DNA of 64,000 nt from NCBI GenBank assembly GCA_002269645.1, contig NIVC01000648.1, forward strand, positions 62,001 to 126,000, read 5' to 3'. This document shows, piece by piece, positions 52,701-64,000 of the stretch. This DNA is from Macrostomum lignano (lineage: Eukaryota). The notes under the pieces are model-generated. The model had not been told where the DNA came from, made no database searches, and saw only the letters and a list, made by a program, of their open reading frames with translations. The number at the start of each line of letters is the position of its first letter. The stretch's first letter is position 1. The translations under genes were made by a program, and so were the position numbers.

Positions 52701-55700
52701 GGTCAATACTAAGCCAAAAATTGGTCAGTGCAGAAAGCTACATTCGCCCCCGGGTATTAGGGGATTCCCCGGGGATTCGTTACCACCCAAAAAGGCAGAT
52801 ACTCTTCAACAGCCCTAAAAAGCAGTTTTACCAAAGAATGAGCAGTGGAAGAGGAAAATATTGTTTAGGGCTCAGTTTACTGCGGCCTTTTTGCTGCCAC
52901 ACCCAGTCGGCGCTTGTCTTTTCCTCGTCTCGGCACTGCACTGTCTCTGCGATATCGAGACACGAAGAGAGAGAGAGAGAGAGAGAGAGAGCCCTCAGCA
53001 TCTCAATCTGCATCGCTCTGGCCAAGATATTGGGCGTGGTCTAAGCGCCAGTGAGAGAGAGAGAGAGGTCAGGGTGGCATCTCTCTGCGATTGAGTCATT
53101 TATCCTACCTATCAGTCTCTGATTTTCTGCCTCTTATGTTCTACCTGTCCACCTTCTTACTCTCCACCTCTCCACCTGTCCATCAATTTTTACTTTCCAC
53201 TTGTCCATCAATTCTTACTCTCTACCTGTCCATCAGTTCTTACTCTCTACCTGTCCATCAATTCTTACTCTCTACCTGTCCATCAGTTCTTACTCTCTAC
53301 CTGTCCATCTTCTTACTCTCTACCTGTCCATCTTCTTACTCTCTACCTGTCCATCTTCTTACTCTCTACCTGTCCATCTTCTTACTCTCTACCTGTCCAT
53401 CTTCTTACTCTCTACCTGTCCATCTTCTTACTCTCCACCTGTCCATCAATTCTTACTCTCTACCTGTCCATCTTCTTTCTCTCTACCTGTCCATCTTCTT
53501 ACTCTCTACCTGTCCATCTTCTTACTCTCTACCTGTCCATCTTCTTACTCTCTACCTGTCCATCTTCTTACTCTCTACCTGTCCATCTTCTTACTCTCCA
53601 CCTGTCCATCAATTCTTTCTCTCTACCTGTCCATCTTCTTACTCTCTACCTGTCCATCTTCTTACTCTCTACCTGTCCATCTTCTTACTCTCTACCTGTC
53701 CATCTTCTTACTCTCTACCTGTCCAACTTCTCACTCTCTACCCGTCCGTCTTCTTTGTCCCTTTTTATGATTAACTTCCAACTTGTTGACATGCCCTAAA
53801 TTTCTTCCCAGCTAAGCTGCAACATCCTCAAAGTCTATATTCCCAGTTCCAATTTCTGCTTTGTTTATCACCTCCACAGCTGTCCAGGCATTCTGGTCTT
53901 ATTTCTTGAATATCCCACGCAGTCCAACTACGTCCTGTTTTAGCAATTAGCTATCCGTCTGGACTGCTTTACCTGCTGTTAGGCCCTCTCCCTTATCCCT
54001 TATCCTTCCATGGAAATTCTCGTGGGGATTTTACTCGCGCCAGCTATTACGAGACGTTGGGAGTTAAATTTGACAGAATTGACAGTTTAGCAACATCACC
54101 ATGCTCTTGTTTCTTATAAAATATTTATGCTTTTTGGAATACTGTAAGCTAAGATGAGCCCTCAGATTCGTTCTATAAGATTCTTTGTACCATATAATAG
54201 ATACACATAACTTTTTTTAACAGTCAGCAAAAGTAACAGCATTGAGATGCAATACCCCACTGCAGTTAAGGAGGCATAACTTTTGATAAGTTCGTGGTAT
54301 TTAGAAAATTCTTTCACTGTGTCATTTTTAAGTAAAGCCGCTATGAAATAAATTGGCGGCTGTTACTCTTTCTGACTATTAAAAAGTCCCCTCGAGGGAC
54401 ACCCCTCGTATTTTGACAAGAAAGCAGACATTGCATTGATTATACGATTTCCAATTTATTTGTGTAAATAAAGTTGTTAGAATACTCGTACAAGTACCAG
54501 ATGAATACCGCACAAAAACGCACAATATGTACCGCCAGACTACATCCGGGTAAGCCCTGTTCTGTGACACGCAGGGGTGCTAAAGAATCTGTTCTCCCAA
54601 TACGGTGCAGTTGTGGTCATTTTTTGGTAATGTCGGCCGCTGAACCTGGGGACCGGTGTTCAATCAAGCGACCGACGCATTGACGCCTTCATCATCAGCA
54701 GCCTCCGGCGACGCCGCGGCAATCCCAGCGATGGTGTTTCTAGTGGCATCTTTCCTGACTCCGGCCTGCTGTCTGGGATCTGCTGCTGCTGTCCAGAGGG
54801 CGTCGTGCCTGCCTCCGGCCAGGTGCAGCCTCTGGCAGGCCCGGTAGGCCAGGCTGCAGGCGGGGTAGCAGCACAGGCAGGGCACAAACAAGGCCAGCAG
54901 GCAAACGCAGCTCCAGGCCTTCAGCCGGTCCAGCAGACTCGACCGGGCGTCACCGTCGTTTTCGTCGTCTTCTTCGTCGTAGTCGTCGGCTTCGTTGCCG
55001 TTGACTCCCGCGTCGGCGGCGTGACCGACTTTGCCGTGGTTGTCATCCTCGCCGCAGCTGTTGGCCTCCGAGTCGCCTTGCCGGGCCGACCTGCCGCGAC
55101 CAACCAGCAACTGGCAGGGGTTGATGTAGTCACCCTCGCTGTCCGCGCAGCAGTGGTAGGACACCCCGTCGGCCAGCGTCAGGCAGGTCAGGCGCTCGAT
55201 GCAGACCCTGAGCCGGTCGGGCGCCTCCGGACAGGCACCTTTCAGGTTGCGCCGATCGTCGTAGAGGCGCAGGCAGTAGCGACACACCTGCTGGTGAATG
55301 CGGCCAGCTCGGCTGGAGGAGCCTGCGGCGGCGGCAGCGGTGCTTGCTGACGCGCCGTTGCGCAGAGCGTCCTGGCGAACCAGCGGCACGGTGTTTCGAC
55401 GCATCGAAATCCTGTTGGAGTCGCTGCGCACGAGATTGCTGCTGTTGCTGCTTGGCTGCTCCTCCGGGTGCTGCTGCTGCTGTTGCTGGCCCAGAAGGTG
55501 CGGATCAATGTCTGCCGAGGTCAGCGAGGTCACAGACGTCAAAGCCGCCATTGCAGCCGCTTCCGGAGCAGTTGCCATTATTGCTACTAGAAGGAGAAGC
55601 GTGGAATTGGGGTGTTGATCGGTTCTACAAAGAGGCAATAAATTTGTTGGCATTGCTTATGAAGCTTCTGGTGGTGTTGAAAAAGCTTCCAAATCCCCTT

Positions 55701-58700
55701 AGCTCAATTCCATACTTTTACCGTAATCTCAGCACCCCTCGTCCCAAGTTTTCATCCGCAAATAACCGCAGCAGCTGAAGTCCTCTCGATAAGTCCTCTC
55801 GCGCCTTTACTTCAAAGTAACCTACCTACATGTATAGTTAGTCGCAAAGAGACCCACAAGCCGGAATATGAAAATTGAATAGTCCCAGTGGCCCCATAGC
55901 CCCCTTCCCGTTCACCTCTTTCACCTTTCTTGCTAGCTTTCTACGTGCCTCGCAACTGTTTCGCATAGCTTAGCTACTAGGCCTCTTTTGGAACTCGCTT
56001 ATCTTGCCATTGCTTATCCCAAGTAGCTGGGCGAAGGAATTCCCTCTTTCACCTAACTGCTGGGACTTTGACAGGTGCTGTTTATCGCTCACTCACCTGC
56101 TCACTCTCCCTGTCACTCGTTGCAAAAAAGACAACTTATAGTGCGCTTATTTCTACTTTAGTCCCCGACCCAGAGCCGCGAACCCAACTCTGAACCAGTC
56201 CGACGACTGACGCTTTCCCGAACTAGTAGTACTTTTCACTGGGGCATGAGCTAAGCTAGACAAGTTTTCTTCCATGGCCCGAACAAAGTTCAATTGAAAA
56301 CTGCTTACACGTGTACAAAATCGGAATTGGCTGTAGCTATTGATTTGATTCTTCTGTGTGCCTTTCTCCCGATTGTGTTTGCACAGTTCAGCTTTCTTCT
56401 TCTTCTGTTCCTGTTTCTTCCGTTGCTGGTGGGATGATGCAACTGCTAGGGTTAACTTGCGCGATTCTGCTTCCCAGCACATCGTCCGTCTTTTAATTCC
56501 TCTCGGCAAGCACTCCCCCCCCTCCTACTGGCACCCATTATTTTTCAGTCCCGCCTGCAACCCTCGCAGTTTCTTCATTAACGAGTTCTCTTCTCTGGTT
56601 GGCTTAGGCTCCTTTAGCAACGTAGATGGCCGGGGAGAGAGAGAGAGAAAGGGAGCGGGGAGGGCAAAACAGATGGGGCGAGGTCCGCCCGCCCTCTTCC
56701 CTATCAGGGCTCGGTGTACGCAGGCTGATGAGGAGGCGGAGCCTGTCCAGCTTCATCAAGCTGGGATGTATCGCCACCAACGCATTGTTCGACTGCTCAT
56801 GCAATAGATACGACTCCTAGTTATAGATTTTTCAAACTTACATTACGAGACTAAGCCCAAATAACCTGGTTTCGATTACGATACCGGCTACGTTAATTAA
56901 TGACCGATTTGCACTGCAAACATTGTGAACTCATGACTGGTCCTCTGTACCTGAGGACGGTGCCTGCGCAGTTGTTGCTTAATTTCTTCAGAGGAGCGAT
57001 CGGCAAACTTTCTTACCTCAAGGGCCAGACAAAGAATCCAGCGCAAGGCTGAGGGCCAGAAGAGAGAGGAAAGAATGGGGAAAAGAAAATGAGAGATTAG
57101 AGAAAAGAGGAGAAGTGAGGGATGGGATGGGATGAGAGAAAAGATAGAAGATATGAGGAAGAGAGGTGAGAGAAGAGAGAAGAGAGGAGAGAGGAGAGGG
57201 AGAAAGGGTGGATGAGAAAGGAGTGAGGATAGGGAAGAAGAGGAGAGAGGAGAGAGGAGAGAGGAGAGAGGAGAGAGGAGAGAGGAGAGAGAGAGAGAGA
57301 GAGAGAGAGGAGAAAGGAGAGAGGAGAGAGGAGAAAGGAGAGAGGAGAGAGGAGAGAGGAGAGAGGAGAGAGGAGAGAGGAGAAAGGAGAGAGGAGAAAG
57401 GAGAGAGGAGAGAGGAGAGAGGAGAGAGGAGAGAGGAGAGAGGAGAGAGGAGAGAGGAGAGAGGAGAGAGGAGAAAGGAGAGACGAGAGAGGAGAGAGGA
57501 GTGAAGGGAGAAGAGAACGGAGAGAGAGAGAGCTAAGAAGAGACACAAACCTTGAGGCGGGCCGGATTGCTATTGCGAAGTTCCAAAGGACCCGAGGGCC
57601 GGATAGAGAGGCTTCGCTGGTCGCATTTTGCCCTCGGGCCGGAGTTTGCCGATCCCCGTGGTCTTGGTGTTTCTAATAACACATAGTTCGTAACAACTAA
57701 AGAAAAGTATATTTTCCTCAGTTACGACACATTTAGAACAGGTATCTTAGATTAGAGCCGGTAGCTATGCCATCTCCCGGATTTTTTAAATCGCGTTGAC
57801 ACGAAAACCGTCATTCACACGGCATCAAAACTGTTAATTGCAGCATTCAGACGGTCCGCCGCGGAGGAGCTTCTCCCGGAGGCCGAGCCGCGCGACGGTG
57901 CCGGTAGGGCGCCAATTTTCAGTCGGCTGCTTCAGCCAGTTCGGGTGCACGAGCTGCAGCCGGTCAGGTGAGTGGGCAGCTGCCATCTGGTTTTGCCTTC
58001 TGCTGTGTATGCTGCTATTGATTTTTATTTAGCAAATGCGTCAAGGATAACTTTTGTAAGTTTATGCACTTTTGGTCTCTGTTTGGTTTCTTCTGCAAGT
58101 TTCTTCGGCAAGTTTCTTCGGCTTTCTCTTTCCAACTTTCAAATCCAATGTGAGATCGCGTCTTATCTTTGGTCTCTCATCTCTACTCTCTTATCTCTGG
58201 TCTCTCGTCTCTACTCTCTTATCTCTGGTCTCTCATCTCTACTCTCTTCTCTCTGGTCTCTCATCTCTACTCTCTTATCTCTGGTCTCTCATCTCTACTT
58301 TCTTATCTCTGGTCTCTCATCTCTACTCTTTTATCTCTGGTCTCTCATCTTTACTTTCTTATCTCTGGTCTCTCATCTCTACTCTCTTATCTCTGGTCTC
58401 TCATCTCTACTTTCTTATCTCTGGTCTCTCATCTCTACTCTTTTATCTCTGGTCTCTCATCTTTACTTTCTTATCTCTGGTCTCTCATCTCTACTCTCTT
58501 ATCTCTGGTCTCTCATCTCTACTTTCTTATTTCTGGTCTCTCATCTCTACTTTCTTATTTCTAATCTCTAATCTCTATTCTCTTATTTCTTTCTGGTCTG
58601 TCATCTCTACTGTCTTATCTCTGGTCTCTCATCTCTACTCTCTTATCTCTGGTCTCTCATCTCTACTTTCTTATTTCTGGTCTCTCATCTCTACTTTCTT

Positions 58701-61700
58701 ATTTCTAATCTCTAATCTCTATTCTCTTATTTCTTTCTGGTCTGTCATCTCTACTGTCTTATCTCTGGTCTCTCATCTCTACTCTCTTATCTCTGGTCTC
58801 TCATCTCTACATGTACTCTCTTATCTCTGGTCTCTCATCTCTACTTTCTTATTTCTGGTCTCTCATCTCTACTTTCTTATTTCTAATCTCTCATCTCTAC
58901 TTTCTTATTTCTTTCTGGTCTGTCATCTCTACTGTCTTATCTCTGGTCTCTCATCTCTACTCTCTTATCTCTGGTCTCTCATCTCTACTCTCTTATCTCT
59001 GGTATCTCATCTCTACTTTCTTATTTCTAATCTCTCATCTCTACTCTCTTATTTCTTTCTGGTCTGTCATCTCTACTCTCTCATCTCTACTGTCTCGTCT
59101 CTACTCACATCTCCGCTCCCATCTCTAATCTCGAATCTATTTAGCCAGTAGCTCTATTCTAGCTCGTACTTAGCGCCACATCTGCAAGCAATACGAACTT
59201 TCAACTTCCCATCCGATGCCAGACTCCGAGTGGAGTATTTCGGCGATCCGAGTCCCCAGGTGGCTTGGCTAAAAGAAGGCGCACCAATCGAATCCTCACC
59301 GGATGTGAGCATCACGTCGGCGCCGGCCTGGTCCGAGCTGTTCATCCCGTCGGTGGCTCAGTCAGACGCTGGCATGTACACCGCCACGGCGCAGAATCCG
59401 CTGGGCGTTGCCAACACAAAGGCTCGGCTGACTGTGCTGTCTCCCGAGTCTGGCGGCCCCACCCCGGTCAGGGAGGAGGCGCCGGAGTTCGCCACTTTGA
59501 TCCGGGATTTGGCTGTAAGTGGCCTACTTTACTCGTCTTTCGATACATATCGGTAATGTTGGATTCGAGATTTCTAGAGTTCGTGAACTTTATTGTCTCA
59601 GAGGAGCTTTTGCTGTTGAATACATTGGCTTTGACGTCTAATAAGGTGACATTCAGTGTCTAATAGGGTGACAAACAGTGTCTAATATGGTGACATATGG
59701 TGTCTAATAGGGTGACATACAGTGTTTAATAGGGTGACATAATGGTGTTTAATAGGGTGACATAATGGTGTCTAATAGGGTGACATACAGTGTTTAATAG
59801 GGTGACATAATGGTGTTTAATAGGGTGACATAATGGTGTCTAATAGGGTGACATACAGTGTTTAATAGGGTGACATAATGGTGTTTAATAGGGTGACATA
59901 ATGGTGTCTAATAGGGTGACATAATGTCTAATAGGCTGATATATAATGTGTAATAGGGTGACTTTAGTGTTTAAGAATGTGACCAAGTGCCAATCAATGC
60001 CTATGAATTCACGAACAGAAAAATTGCATTTGCATTTGTTTATCAGGTCATAAATCTGTTTTCAGTTTTTTTTTCTGAAAAGCTGCTTTTGCTCCAATCT
60101 TTTTCATTCGATAGTGTTCGCCAGTCTACAATTGTCTAATTGGTATTGAAATATCCTACACAGGGCTACCGAGTATCCATAATCTGATGCGCATAATTAA
60201 TCCTCCCCCGTAGGCAATCAGGTGAAATCAGGTCAGTCATTCTCCCAAATCAAAGAGAACCAAAAGTATTTCAGTATAACTGGGACAGCTGGGACAGGGA
60301 GAGAGAATTCCTAATTTTATTACAGCATTTCCCCAGGCTACTTCGCTATTATTAGCCGAATTAGCGAATTAGCGAATTAGCCGAATTAGCCTTTTGTTCC
60401 TTTTTTGTGCTTGCTATGAAAAAAGTTAATGGAGCTAATTCTCCTCGCAACCAAGTGTCTACTCAATACAAGCGAAATACGCTATATACGCAAAATCTTT
60501 CATGAGCCATTTTTACTTATTTTGAGCAGTTCATAATGACTCTACTGGCAGTAGTGCGCATCGATCTTTCTCAAGATTCCGCGAAGCTGTTCACCTAACT
60601 TTTAAGTGCTCGCACAGTTTTACATGTCTTTAGATTCACGAGATCAATAATATTTGCATGTCACTCTCAGCTCACTCTGCATCTCATGTCACTCTCAGCT
60701 CACTCTGCATCTCATGTCACTCTCAGCTCACTCTGCATCTCATGTCACTCTCAGCTCACTCAGCATCTCATGTCACTCTCAGCTCACTCAGATCACTCGG
60801 CGTCACTCTCAGGAAGTAGAAAAAATTTCAAATCACTCACAGTTGTCACTCAGTTTTTTCGTGTCACTAAACTCTCGGGTCTCATGTCTGTCACTAAAGC
60901 CGTTGGCCCCTTGCCCTCCCAGGTGTCCGCAGGCGAACCGGTGACCCTGTCATGCACCGTGACCGGCCAGCCAAGGCCCAGCATTCACTGGCGTCACGAG
61001 GGCCGCCCGGTGCCCGAGAACTCGCCCACCTGCCGCACCCTTGTGGAGGAGAGCCAAGCCATGCTCATCATTTTCGAGGCCCAACCGTCGGACGCCGGAC
61101 GCTACGAGTGCGTGGCCGCCAACCCGTCCGGCCAGGCCGCCTGCTCTGCGCAGCTGACTGTGCACCCGGCCCTCACGGAGTCGGCCACCGCGCCAGTGTT
61201 CGCCAGGCCGCTGCAGAGCCAGACGGCAACAGAGAACCAACGAGTAGTGCTCACCTGCCAGGTTGAATCGCAGCCGCCGCCTGAGGTGTCCTGGTACTTC
61301 CAGACCAATCAGATTCGACCTTCGAAGTATTTCGAGATTCTTGAACAGCCAGAGGTCGGGGCTTACAGCCTGGTGGTGACTCGGGCGCACCCCGACGACT
61401 CCGGGACCTACACAGCAGTAGCCCGCACCGAGCTGGGAGAGTCGCGCTCCTCAGCTGTACTGCAGGTGCAGCCGCAGCAGCAACAGCAACAACCAGCCAG
61501 AATTGTCAGGCCAATGTCAGCGGAGGTCACCGTCCGCGAAGGCGACCGCGTCAGCCTGGAGGTTGAAGCGGTTGGCGAGCCCGAGCCGACAGCCGCCTGG
61601 TTTCGTGAGGGCACCGAATTGGACAGTTCGCCCGATTTTCAAGTGAGTCTGGCGACCATTTCTTTACTACTAATAGTAATATAGCTTTTTGCAGCCCATT

Positions 61701-62816
61701 TGGGCTTACGCGCATTGAATTTAATAAAAAATGCGTTTGCCAATGTAACGAAGCTTTTGTCTATGGTAGCAAGGCTGGCACAGCGGAATTTCATTTGGTC
61801 CAACAAGCATCAATTTGGTCCTTTTTTATTAGAGGCAGGGGGGTTGTGTGGACCCTGGCGCACTTTAAGCGACATGGGCACACAACCGGCGATGCCTTAC
61901 TGCCCATTCCGCCGACTCCCCTGAGCAGGCATACAAGCGCGCGGATACTTACGCAGGCACACACTCACACAGGAGTGTACAGCGGCCCTAACTTTATTTT
62001 ATCGTTAGGCATGTACACTTCACTGCGCCTTGGGGGGTTGGCTCTCAAGGCCGTTAATTGCACGAGCAGAGCCAAGCCGAGATTCCAATTCAGCCCCAAA
62101 TTAATGTGACTGCACTTGGAATCGAGCCTGGGCCGCTGGCAACACCAGAGCAGCTGCGCTACCGCTGGGCTACGGCCTCCTTCAATTTGGTCCATAGCTG
62201 AGTTTGCTCCTTCATTTGCAACTGCTGCGGAGGAGCAAGCTCAGCCCCAGAATTGTAGACCATATGCTAGGCTGTCGAACGAATGCCATTGGCTTGTGAT
62301 CGAAGCGCTCGACAGAGGTGAACAACCAAAGGACATTGCAGATGGTTGCGAGAAGGCAAGAGTTTGTCGAATGGCTCACGAGCATTTGGACCAAAGCGAT
62401 GCTTGTTGGACCAAATTTAATGCGGCTGTGCCAGCCTTGCTACCATAGACAAAAGCTCCGTTACATTGGCAAACGTATAAAAAAGCAGATTTTGGTATTT
62501 TGGTTGCTAAATAGACTGTCCTCGAAGCATACGCGAGTTGTGATAAAATACACAGGGTAGGACTTGAAACCCAAGAAACCGTTTCAGCATTGTAAAAGCT
62601 GGAATAGATGGCCTATACAGTATGCCGGGGTTGTTTCTACTTCGTATTTCATCCTGTCAGTCACGTATCGCCATAATCTTTCGCAGATTTCAAAGTCTGG
62701 CCGGCTGTACGCTCTGATCATTCCGGAGGCGTTTCCTGAGGACAGCGGCAAATTTCTAGTGCGAGTTGTTAATCCGTTCGGCAAGGACGAGAGCCAGTGC
62801 CAGCTAAGGGTGCTCG
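37722..62816 (+). CDS. Giant titin/sallimus (zormin-kettin)-like muscle protein: CCDC141-like spectrin-repeat N-terminus plus 24 I-set Ig domains; continues past the window
   Basis: Phase-compatible GT-AG exons: 37722-37838, 38202-38324, 38422-39989, 40074-40324, 40657-40924, 42418-42537, 43009-45583, 45681-48276, 48368-48670, 48773-50498, 50605-50776, 51462-51645, 57844-57967, 59223-59514, 60923-61642, 62687-62816. N-terminus TTTISTVAVQAGPARIVLAVLR|CGEW..VYEAMAQSLGKAW resembles CCDC141. The Ig domains show P-x-F..G-x-P-x-P-x-V-x-W..D-x-G-x-Y-x-C. Three 1-nt deletions (~39700, ~44735, ~46693) interrupt the frame. Confidence 0.9.
42571..42905. repeat. (GAACA)n pentanucleotide microsatellite
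   Basis: Long near-perfect array inside the 42538-43008 intron. Confidence 0.99.
50915..51241 (-). mobile_element. tRNA-derived SINE, diverged relative of family A
   Basis: B-box GGTTCGATTCC (51191-51181); shares CCAACCCCCAAGGC, GTGTACA, GTC.GCGGAATGGGC and CGCCAGGGT blocks with family A; (ATT)n tail. Confidence 0.75.
51700..51960. repeat. Degenerate CT-rich (AATCTCA-type) repeat
   Basis: Low-complexity tract just after the 51646 donor. Confidence 0.75.
52025..52659. mobile_element. Fold-back element: near-perfect inverted repeat with ~295-bp arms and a ~38-bp spacer
   Basis: 52025-52322 is the reverse complement of 52361-52659 with only a few mismatches; no convincing TSD. Confidence 0.9.
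53095..53745. repeat. ~23-bp minisatellite TCTTACTCTCTACCTGTCCATCT
   Basis: Tandem array visible. Confidence 0.95.
54664..55578 (-). CDS. SPRED: SPRED-like protein (Sprouty/SPR cysteine-rich domain), nested antisense in a titin-like intron
   Basis: CRYCLRLY..NLKGACPEAPD..CIERLTC..YHCCADSEGDYINPC..LALFVPCLCCYP..GGRH matches the SPRED-type SPR domain. ATG at 55578 is preceded by the acceptor TTCTCCTTCTAG; the 5' exon(s) are unresolved. Confidence 0.88.
   Translation of the reverse strand: MATAPEAAAMAALTSVTSLTSADIDPHLLGQQQQQQHPEEQPSSNSSNLVRSDSNRISMRRNTVPLVRQDALRNGASASTAAAAAGSSSRAGRIHQQVCRYCLRLYDDRRNLKGACPEAPDRLRVCIERLTCLTLADGVSYHCCADSEGDYINPCQLLVGRGRSARQGDSEANSCGEDDNHGKVGHAADAGVNGNEADDYDEEDDENDGDARSSLLDRLKAWSCVCLLALFVPCLCCYPACSLAYRACQRLHLAGGRHDALWTAAADPRQQAGVRKDATRNTIAGIAAASPEAADDEGVNASVA
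57060..57540. repeat. GA-rich tract with a (GAGAGGA)n core
   Basis: Polypurine microsatellite; source of the REE/LSPL ORFs. Confidence 0.95.
58165..59105. repeat. 28-bp minisatellite TCTCATCTCTACTCTCTTATCTCTGGTC
   Basis: Fills most of the 57968-59222 intron. Confidence 0.95.
59640..59965. repeat. 22-23 bp minisatellite TAATAGGGTGACATA(C/A)..GTGT(T/C)
   Basis: Tandem array visible. Confidence 0.92.
60657..60790. repeat. 28-bp tandem repeat CATGTCACTCTCAGCTCACTCTGCATCT
   Basis: 4-5 units upstream of the 60923 exon. Confidence 0.9.
61732..62479. mobile_element. MITE with ~90-bp TIRs, interrupted by a SINE
   Basis: CGTTTGCCAATGTAACG..TTTGGTCCAACAAGCATC (61734-61811) is the reverse complement of ~62399-62477; possible TA TSD with the left copy mutated. 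Confidence 0.8.
61822..62180 (-). mobile_element. tRNA-derived SINE (family A) with target-site duplication
   Basis: A-box TAGCCCAGCGG, B-box GGCTCGATTCC, A-rich tail; 12-bp direct repeat TCAATTTGGTCC at 61810-61821 and 62182-62193. Confidence 0.9.
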
Positions 62817-63239
62817 GTGAGTTTAAATAGCATGCCGGACATGAGCTGATGCTAGAGCAATAGAGCATGATTGCCGTGCCGTTTGCAAAGCACAGAGATA
62901 ATTTAGCGTCATTTTTTAATCCAAGCTGGCTCCTGTACGAGTGTAATGTGATTTGCGATCAGACTAGACAAATAGGGGTTGCATTGTCCCACGCATTCAA
63001 GGCTGCTAAAAATACATTCGTGAGACAATGTGCTTGTACAGATGGTTCTGTCATGAACAATCAATAAATAATCAGCGGTCCAAGTGCGTGAGTGTTGTCA
63101 AGTACTGCGACCGCTGATTCTTTGCATTGTTATGCTGCTTGACGATCATTGTTTGTAGTAATGGATTGTTCTGCATAAAAAATGTGAATAATTATCGTCA
63201 AATTACTAGAAATTGCTAGTCACTTGTTAAAAATTCAAT

Positions 63240-64000
63240 CATTGTCTGCCTCTAAAACCACAGACACAATCTACCATTGTCTGCCTCTAAAACCACAGAC
63301 ACAATCTACCATTGTCTGCCTCTAAAACCATGGGCACAATCTACCATTGTCTGCCTCTAAAACCACAGACACAATCTACCATTGTCTGCCTCTAAAACCA
63401 TGGGCACAATCTACCATTGTCTGCCTCTAAAACCATGGGCACAATCTACCATTGTCTGCCTCTAAAACCATAGACACAATCTACCATTGTCTGCCTCTAA
63501 AACCATAGACACAATCTACCATTGTCTGCCTCTAAAACCACAGACACAATCTACCATTGTCTGCCTCTAAAACCATGGGCACAATCTACCATTGTCTGCC
63601 TCTAAAACCATGGGCACAATCTACCATTGTCTGCCTCTAAAACCATAGACACAACCGACCATTGTCTGCCTCTAAAACCACAGACACAATCTACCATTGT
63701 CTGCCTCTAAAACCACAGACACAATCTACCATTGTCTGCCTCTAAAACCATGGGCACAATCTACCATTGTCTGCCTCTAAAACCATAGACACAACCGACC
63801 ATTGTCTGCCTCTAAAACCACAGACACAATCTACCATTGTCTGCCTCTAAAACCATAGACACAACCGACCATTGTCTGCCTCTAAAACCACAGACACAAT
63901 CTACCATTGTCTGCCTCTAAAACCATAGACACAACCGACCATTGTCTGCCTCTAAAACCACAGACACAATCTACCATTGTCTGCCTCTAAAACCACAGAC
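63240..64000. repeat. 35-bp minisatellite CATTGTCTGCCTCTAAAACCACAGACACAATCTAC
   Basis: Tandem array running off the window end. Confidence 0.97.

Noticed and set aside
53091-59151. Leu/Ser-rich and Arg/Glu-rich ORFs
   Set aside because: Translations of CT- and GA-rich minisatellites.

Overview
Animal genomic DNA with GT-AG introns, GC-rich exons and AT-rich spacers full of minisatellites. The style suggests a free-living flatworm such as Macrostomum, which is inference only. There is a 446-N gap at 22867-23312. Minus-strand genes, left to right: a three-exon HEI10/CCNB1IP1-like RING E3 ligase (2747-5737); Hakai/CBLL1 (7113-8321); a GALNT2-like GalNAc-transferase (10525-14200); two paralogous secreted-type polyprotein genes built of ~60-aa Cys-free, almost Pro-free helical units that I cannot assign to any family (20206 into the gap, and 34137-36410); and an atypical Prx1-type peroxiredoxin lying between them (27257-29830). 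From 37722 past the window end, the plus strand carries a giant titin/sallimus-like gene with CCDC141-like spectrin repeats followed by 24 Ig domains. A SPRED-like gene is nested antisense in one of its introns. Mobile DNA includes tRNA-derived SINEs (one CORE-type), hAT-type and other MITEs, a ~300-bp-arm fold-back element and a decayed RNase H-bearing non-LTR fragment. The best candidate for an undescribed system is the polyprotein pair, whose linkers look like sites for monobasic cleavage followed by dipeptidyl trimming. Several otherwise intact genes carry single-base deletions that are most likely assembly errors.
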